64,000 bases of DNA from a bacterium (GTDB taxonomy: Bacteria; Desulfobacterota; DSWW01). The DNA is taken from the NCBI GenBank assembly GCA_040756235.1, contig JBFLZG010000123.1, positions 1 to 64,000 on the forward strand, in the 5' to 3' direction. The position numbers and the translations under genes are program-made. Of the stretch, positions 61,662 to 64,000 are shown one piece after another. Every line of letters starts with the position of its first letter. Position 1 is the first letter of the stretch. The notes under the pieces are model-generated. The model was not told the DNA's origin. It did no database searches and was given only the letters and a program-made list of their open reading frames with translations.

Positions 61662-61737
61662 GGTCAAGGGTGAAAGGAAAAAGGTGAAAGCCGAGCGCGT
61701 CTTGCCCTTTGACCTTTCAGCTTTACCCTATGACCTT
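61662..61737. repeat. Heptamer inverted repeat (GGTGAAA/TTTCAGC type)
   Basis: GGTCAAGGGTGAAAGGAAAAAGGTGAAAG opposite CTTTGACCTTTCAGCTTTACCCTATGACC. Confidence 0.6.
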
Positions 61738-61773
61738 CCAACATCCCATCGAGGGTGTCGAAAACGCCCTCTT

Positions 61774-61902
61774 GAGAGGCTGGTGAGAAATGGCCAGATG
61801 CAAGGCGCGCGAAATCCTGAGGAACGAGGCGTACAGGGCAGTACGCCGCAGTGACGAAGGATGAGCGCAACGCCGCAGATGGCCGTTTATCGACAGCCTC
61901 TC
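61774..61902. mobile_element. MITE-like element copy without nested insert
   Basis: GAGAGGCTGGTGAGAAATGGCCAGATGC...GCAGATGGCCGTTTATCGACAGCCTCTC. Confidence 0.75.
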
Positions 61903-61916
61903 GAGGAGTGAGCACC

Positions 61917-63347
61917 ATGCAGGAAGCCGACCTGGAAAGGATCCTCAAAGAGCTGCGGGCGATCGTGGGCGAAAAGAACGCGACCGCGGACCGACACATC
62001 CGCTACGCCTACTCCTATGACCTGAGCTTCGTCGCAGCGAAGATGCCGGACCTGATCGCCATGCCGGCCACGGTCGAGGAGGTGCAGGAAATCCTGCGCA
62101 TGGCCAACCGGGAAAAGGTGCCGGTCGTGCCGTACACGTCCGGCACGAACATCGGCGGCCTCACGCTCCCCGAGCGCGGAGGCCTGATCCTGGACCTCAA
62201 GCGCATGAACCGGATCATCGAGATCGACCCGGAGGCGCTGCTGGCGATCATCGAGCCGGGCGTGTCCCACGCCCAGCTCGCCGCGGCGCTCGCCCGTCAT
62301 GATCTGCGCTTCGGCTGGCCGGTGGGGCCGCCTTCGGCCTCGGTGGCTTCCTGCGCCCTGTGCCACGGCATCGGCTGCCTGAACGCCCGCTACGGCCTGC
62401 AGAGCCAGGAGATCACCAGCATGGAGGTCGTGCTCCCCACGGGGGAGCTGGTCCGCTTGGGGTCCTGCGCGATCAACCCGGAGGCATGGCACAGCCTGCT
62501 GCCCCTGCCCCAGCTCGACGGCCTGTTCAAGGGCTGGCTCGGCACCACCGGGGTCGTCACCAAGCTCGGCGTCAACGTCCACCACAAGCCCCCGCTCCTG
62601 AAGATCTTCACCGTCTCCTGCGACAGCGTGGAGGACATGTACTCTTACATGCTCAACCTGAGCAACTACGAGATCTGCGACGACCTCACCGCGGTCTCCT
62701 GGTGGCTCGCCCAGGTGCCGATCCCCTACCCTTACGAGCCCAAGCCCGACTCCGACCCCGAGTGGTTCAGCTATGCGACCACTTACTCCTTTACCGAGAA
62801 AGAGAGGGAAGCCAAAGAAGAGATCTGGGGCATGGTGCTGCGCGACGAGCAGGCCAAGGGAACGAGCATCCGCCAGACCTTCTACCCCGAGGAGGCGCTC
62901 AAGGCGAGGACCGAGCTTCCCAGCCAGATCGTAGGGTCGACCAAGAACTACTGCAAGATGGCCGGGGCCGGCATCTCGTGGCCGGGCACCTTCACGCCGG
63001 CCAAGAAATGGGCCCCCGTGTACAGGAGATGGAAGGAGCTGCTCATCGGCCACAAGCTGTCGCCGTCGGTGCGCATGAGCATGTACCGGGGCGTGCACTA
63101 TGGCATGCTGCGCGCCATGATCCCGTTCAACAAGCAGAGCGCCGAGGAGACCGAGAACGCCCGCAGGGCGATTCTCGAGTGCCTGAAAGTCGATCTCGAC
63201 ATGGGCGGGATCCCCTACAAGCCCCCGGTCGACTTTGCGCTCGAGATCAACAAACGCGCCCACCCCGGCTACCTGATGCTGCTCAAGCGGGTGAAGGAGT
63301 TCCTGGATCCCAACGACATCATGAACCCGGGCAAGCTGGGCATTTGA
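61917..63347 (+). CDS. FAD-binding oxidoreductase (GlcD/LDH-like)
   Basis: P-TVEEVQEIL, LDLKRMNRI, EPGV, GTTGVVTK, LDPNDIMNPGKL. Confidence 0.88.
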   Translation: MQEADLERILKELRAIVGEKNATADRHIRYAYSYDLSFVAAKMPDLIAMPATVEEVQEILRMANREKVPVVPYTSGTNIGGLTLPERGGLILDLKRMNRIIEIDPEALLAIIEPGVSHAQLAAALARHDLRFGWPVGPPSASVASCALCHGIGCLNARYGLQSQEITSMEVVLPTGELVRLGSCAINPEAWHSLLPLPQLDGLFKGWLGTTGVVTKLGVNVHHKPPLLKIFTVSCDSVEDMYSYMLNLSNYEICDDLTAVSWWLAQVPIPYPYEPKPDSDPEWFSYATTYSFTEKEREAKEEIWGMVLRDEQAKGTSIRQTFYPEEALKARTELPSQIVGSTKNYCKMAGAGISWPGTFTPAKKWAPVYRRWKELLIGHKLSPSVRMSMYRGVHYGMLRAMIPFNKQSAEETENARRAILECLKVDLDMGGIPYKPPVDFALEINKRAHPGYLMLLKRVKEFLDPNDIMNPGKLGI

Positions 63348-63363
63348 GGGGAAACGGCGGCGC

Positions 63364-63832
63364 GCGGTGCACCCGCCGCCCAGCGGACGGGGGGCTGCTC
63401 GGTGGACACGCCCCCGGGCCGGGGCAGGCTTCCGCTCAGTCCACTCTATCGGGACGCCAAGGGAAGAACGGCGGGTGTGCCGCACGAGCGAGGCGAGGGC
63501 GAATCGCGAAGGCCGTCCTCGGTCCCGACAGGCCGGGGAACGCAGAGCCGCTTCCCGATATCTCGCCCTCTAGCCCGGTTTCGGGCTAGGGGGTGCGCCC
63601 TGTACACCCGGCCCGGGACCAGGGACGAAACGGCAGGTTGCCCGAAGGGCTGAAGTCTCGGACTCTTGGGAGGAGAAGGGCCGGAGCGTTCTGAGCCCGA
63701 GCCGATCGAGGGCGGTGCACCCGCCGCCCAGCGGACGGGGGGCTGCTCGGTGGACACGCCCCCGGGCCGGGGCAGGCTTCCGCTCAGTCCACTCTATCGG
63801 GACGCCAAGGGAAGAACGGCGGGTGTGCCGCA
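63364..63832. repeat. Composite: 121-bp perfect direct repeats flanking copy B of the ~250-nt element
   Basis: 63364-63484 identical to 63712-63832; interior is the reverse-complement homolog of 337-591. Confidence 0.88.
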
Positions 63833-63878
63833 GGCGAAGTACACCTGTCTGCACCGAAGAAGCCGAAGGACGATCCCC

Positions 63879-64000
63879 ATGAACTGGAACATACCGGACC
63901 TGAAAGAGCTGGAAGACAAGATCTGGCGCTGCACGGCCTGCGGCACCTGCAAGGTCGCCTACAGCTTCGGCCCGCCCACCACCTGCGCCGACATCTGCCC
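63879..64000 (+). CDS. Partial (Fe-S)-binding protein (GlcF/HdrD-like), runs off the window
   Basis: MNWNIPDLKELEDKIWRCTACGTCK...ICP ferredoxin-type motif following a GlcD-like gene. Confidence 0.7.
   Translation, partial: MNWNIPDLKELEDKIWRCTACGTCKVAYSFGPPTTCADIC

Overview
High-GC bacterial DNA whose gene content (many CoA ligases, acyl-CoA dehydrogenase, SdhA/B-like pair, GlcD-like oxidoreductase, a UGA-recoded selenoprotein) suggests an anaerobic Deltaproteobacteria/Desulfobacterota-like organism; this is inference. About 55 CDS, mostly catabolic and redox enzymes. No rRNA, tRNA, CRISPR, transposase or integrase was seen. Highlights: (1) a lower-GC island at about 2.1-4.4 kb with two tandem HNH nucleases carrying different N-terminal putative modified-DNA reader domains; (2) a DsbA/FrnE-like gene split by the ORF track at an in-frame UGA in the UPWC motif, followed by a SECIS-like hairpin; (3) a ~250-nt non-coding element present twice 63 kb apart, plus a 54-nt mini copy, with a compensatory base-pair change and bounded by a 16-nt inverted motif that also bounds a 121-bp perfect direct repeat; (4) a beta-solenoid lipoprotein gene flanked by truncated, diverged copies of two neighbouring genes; (5) several dispersed REP/MITE-like families, some nested in one another; (6) pseudogene remnants (nuoN-like, esterase-like). 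Product calls come from motif recognition by eye, not database searches.
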